Source: a virus
Lineage: Duplodnaviria > Caudoviricetes
Virus record (IMG/VR): IMGVR_UViG_3300044233_005065
Span: 1-46,539 of that record
Reading direction: 5' to 3' (one strand)
DNA length: 46,539 nucleotides
Positions 45,692 through 46,539 of the stretch are shown here, one piece after another. Position 1 is the stretch's first letter. Each line of letters opens with the position of its first letter. The notes beneath the pieces were generated by a model. That model saw only the letters and a program-made list of their open reading frames with translations. It was not told the DNA's origin and searched no databases. The translations under genes were made by a program, and so were the position numbers.

Positions 45692-46539
45692 TCACTCATC
45701 CCAAGCATGTCATATATATCTTTTTGTAAACAGTCCAAATAAGCTGGATTAGCTTTAAGCAAGTCGTGAGCTTTGTGTTCTCCTTGAGCCTGTACGAGCT
45801 TTGACATTTCTGGTGTTAGCTTTCCTTTCTTGTCCACAGCCCATTCATCCACACCTAAAACATCCAGGTGGTTCTGCATATAGTCTAAAACATACCAGGA
45901 GCCAGAGACCCTTATGAAGCCAAGGCTTTTTCCTAAGCTAATCAATTCCGCAATCCTATCCAGTCCAACGCCATATCTAAGCAAAGACTCAATCTTTCTT
46001 CCTGGCGGTATTGGTCTAGCCGTAGAGCGTGTAATCCAGTTTACTCTTTGCCCTATCTGTTCTGCGTCATCGGCAGACGATGCTTTCCAGGGTTGTATAT
46101 ATGTGCATTCAAGGTCTACATCAACTGCATATCTAATCTTACGTCCACCGCTCCTGCTTTTAGTCTTTTGTCCTGGCCTTGCTCTAGTGTTTGCAATTAA
46201 GTGTTGTATACCAATAACAATACATTTATTTACAACAACAACCGGAGCTATTCTGCCGATGAATTGAGACAGCAATCTAAAGCCTCCGTCGCCGGTTACG
46301 TCGCCAATGTCTGCCTGAAGTTGACGTTCAGTTACAAGCTGAGAAATAGAATCAAGAACAACAACACATCCAGGGTCATTATGTATAAAATTCTCAGCAA
46401 AACTGAGCCATTCTTCTCCGCTAAGGATTTTGCTTTGTACCAAATTGCCTTCACTGTCATCCTCTCTGTAAGAGCTAACTACGTTTATTTTCTCTAAATC
46501 TAGACCTTCTATTCCTTCTAGGTCTCTGGATTTCAATCC
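45688..46539 (-). CDS. RecA/UvsX-like recombinase, 5'-truncated by the window edge
   Basis: Frame open to the edge (GLKSRDLEG); VVVLDSISQL (Walker B), IGIQHLIAN, SGGRKIRY, LRYGVGLD, LGFIRVSGSWY. Confidence 0.85.
   Translation of the reverse strand, partial: GLKSRDLEGIEGLDLEKINVVSSYREDDSEGNLVQSKILSGEEWLSFAENFIHNDPGCVVVLDSISQLVTERQLQADIGDVTGDGGFRLLSQFIGRIAPVVVVNKCIVIGIQHLIANTRARPGQKTKSRSGGRKIRYAVDVDLECTYIQPWKASSADDAEQIGQRVNWITRSTARPIPPGRKIESLLRYGVGLDRIAELISLGKSLGFIRVSGSWYVLDYMQNHLDVLGVDEWAVDKKGKLTPEMSKLVQAQGEHKAHDLLKANPAYLDCLQKDIYDMLGMSE

Noticed and set aside
1-46539. Stop-codon reassignment (alternative genetic code)
   Set aside because: Standard-code ORFs tile the window almost completely, and TAA, TAG and TGA all terminate well-supported genes.
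1-46539. Specific host assignment (e.g. Planctomycetota)
   Set aside because: The Cys-rich tail genes are suggestive from memory only; this cannot be supported without homology or spacer searches.

Overview
Gene-dense segment of a large dsDNA bacteriophage genome (jumbo/large-phage-like), read in the standard code with all three stop codons in use. No rRNA, tRNA, CRISPR array or integrase is visible. It has two convergent arms meeting at 17065/17067. The left arm (+ strand, 1-17065) carries six probable virion/tail genes, including very large mosaic adhesin-like proteins with TSP3-type Ca-binding repeats, LamG-like, cupredoxin-like and Cys/Pro-rich modules. The right arm (- strand, 17067-46539) is an almost continuous, translationally coupled run of genes. 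From the right it encodes a RecA/UvsX-like recombinase, DnaB helicase, DnaG primase, dNMP kinase, a Cas4/RecB-like nuclease, a sugar dehydratase-carbamoyltransferase-GT trio and a saccharopine-dehydrogenase-family gene. Next comes an intein-free split DNA polymerase III alpha whose halves sandwich a family-4 uracil-DNA glycosylase and a DnaQ-like exonuclease. Then follow a ~10.5 kb apparently soluble glycosylation cluster containing two probable pseudo-enzymes, and a Rad52/Sak-like annealase paired with a Whirly-like ssDNA-binding protein. Two classes of promoter-like motif are visible. All family calls come from motif recognition by eye; no database searches were run.
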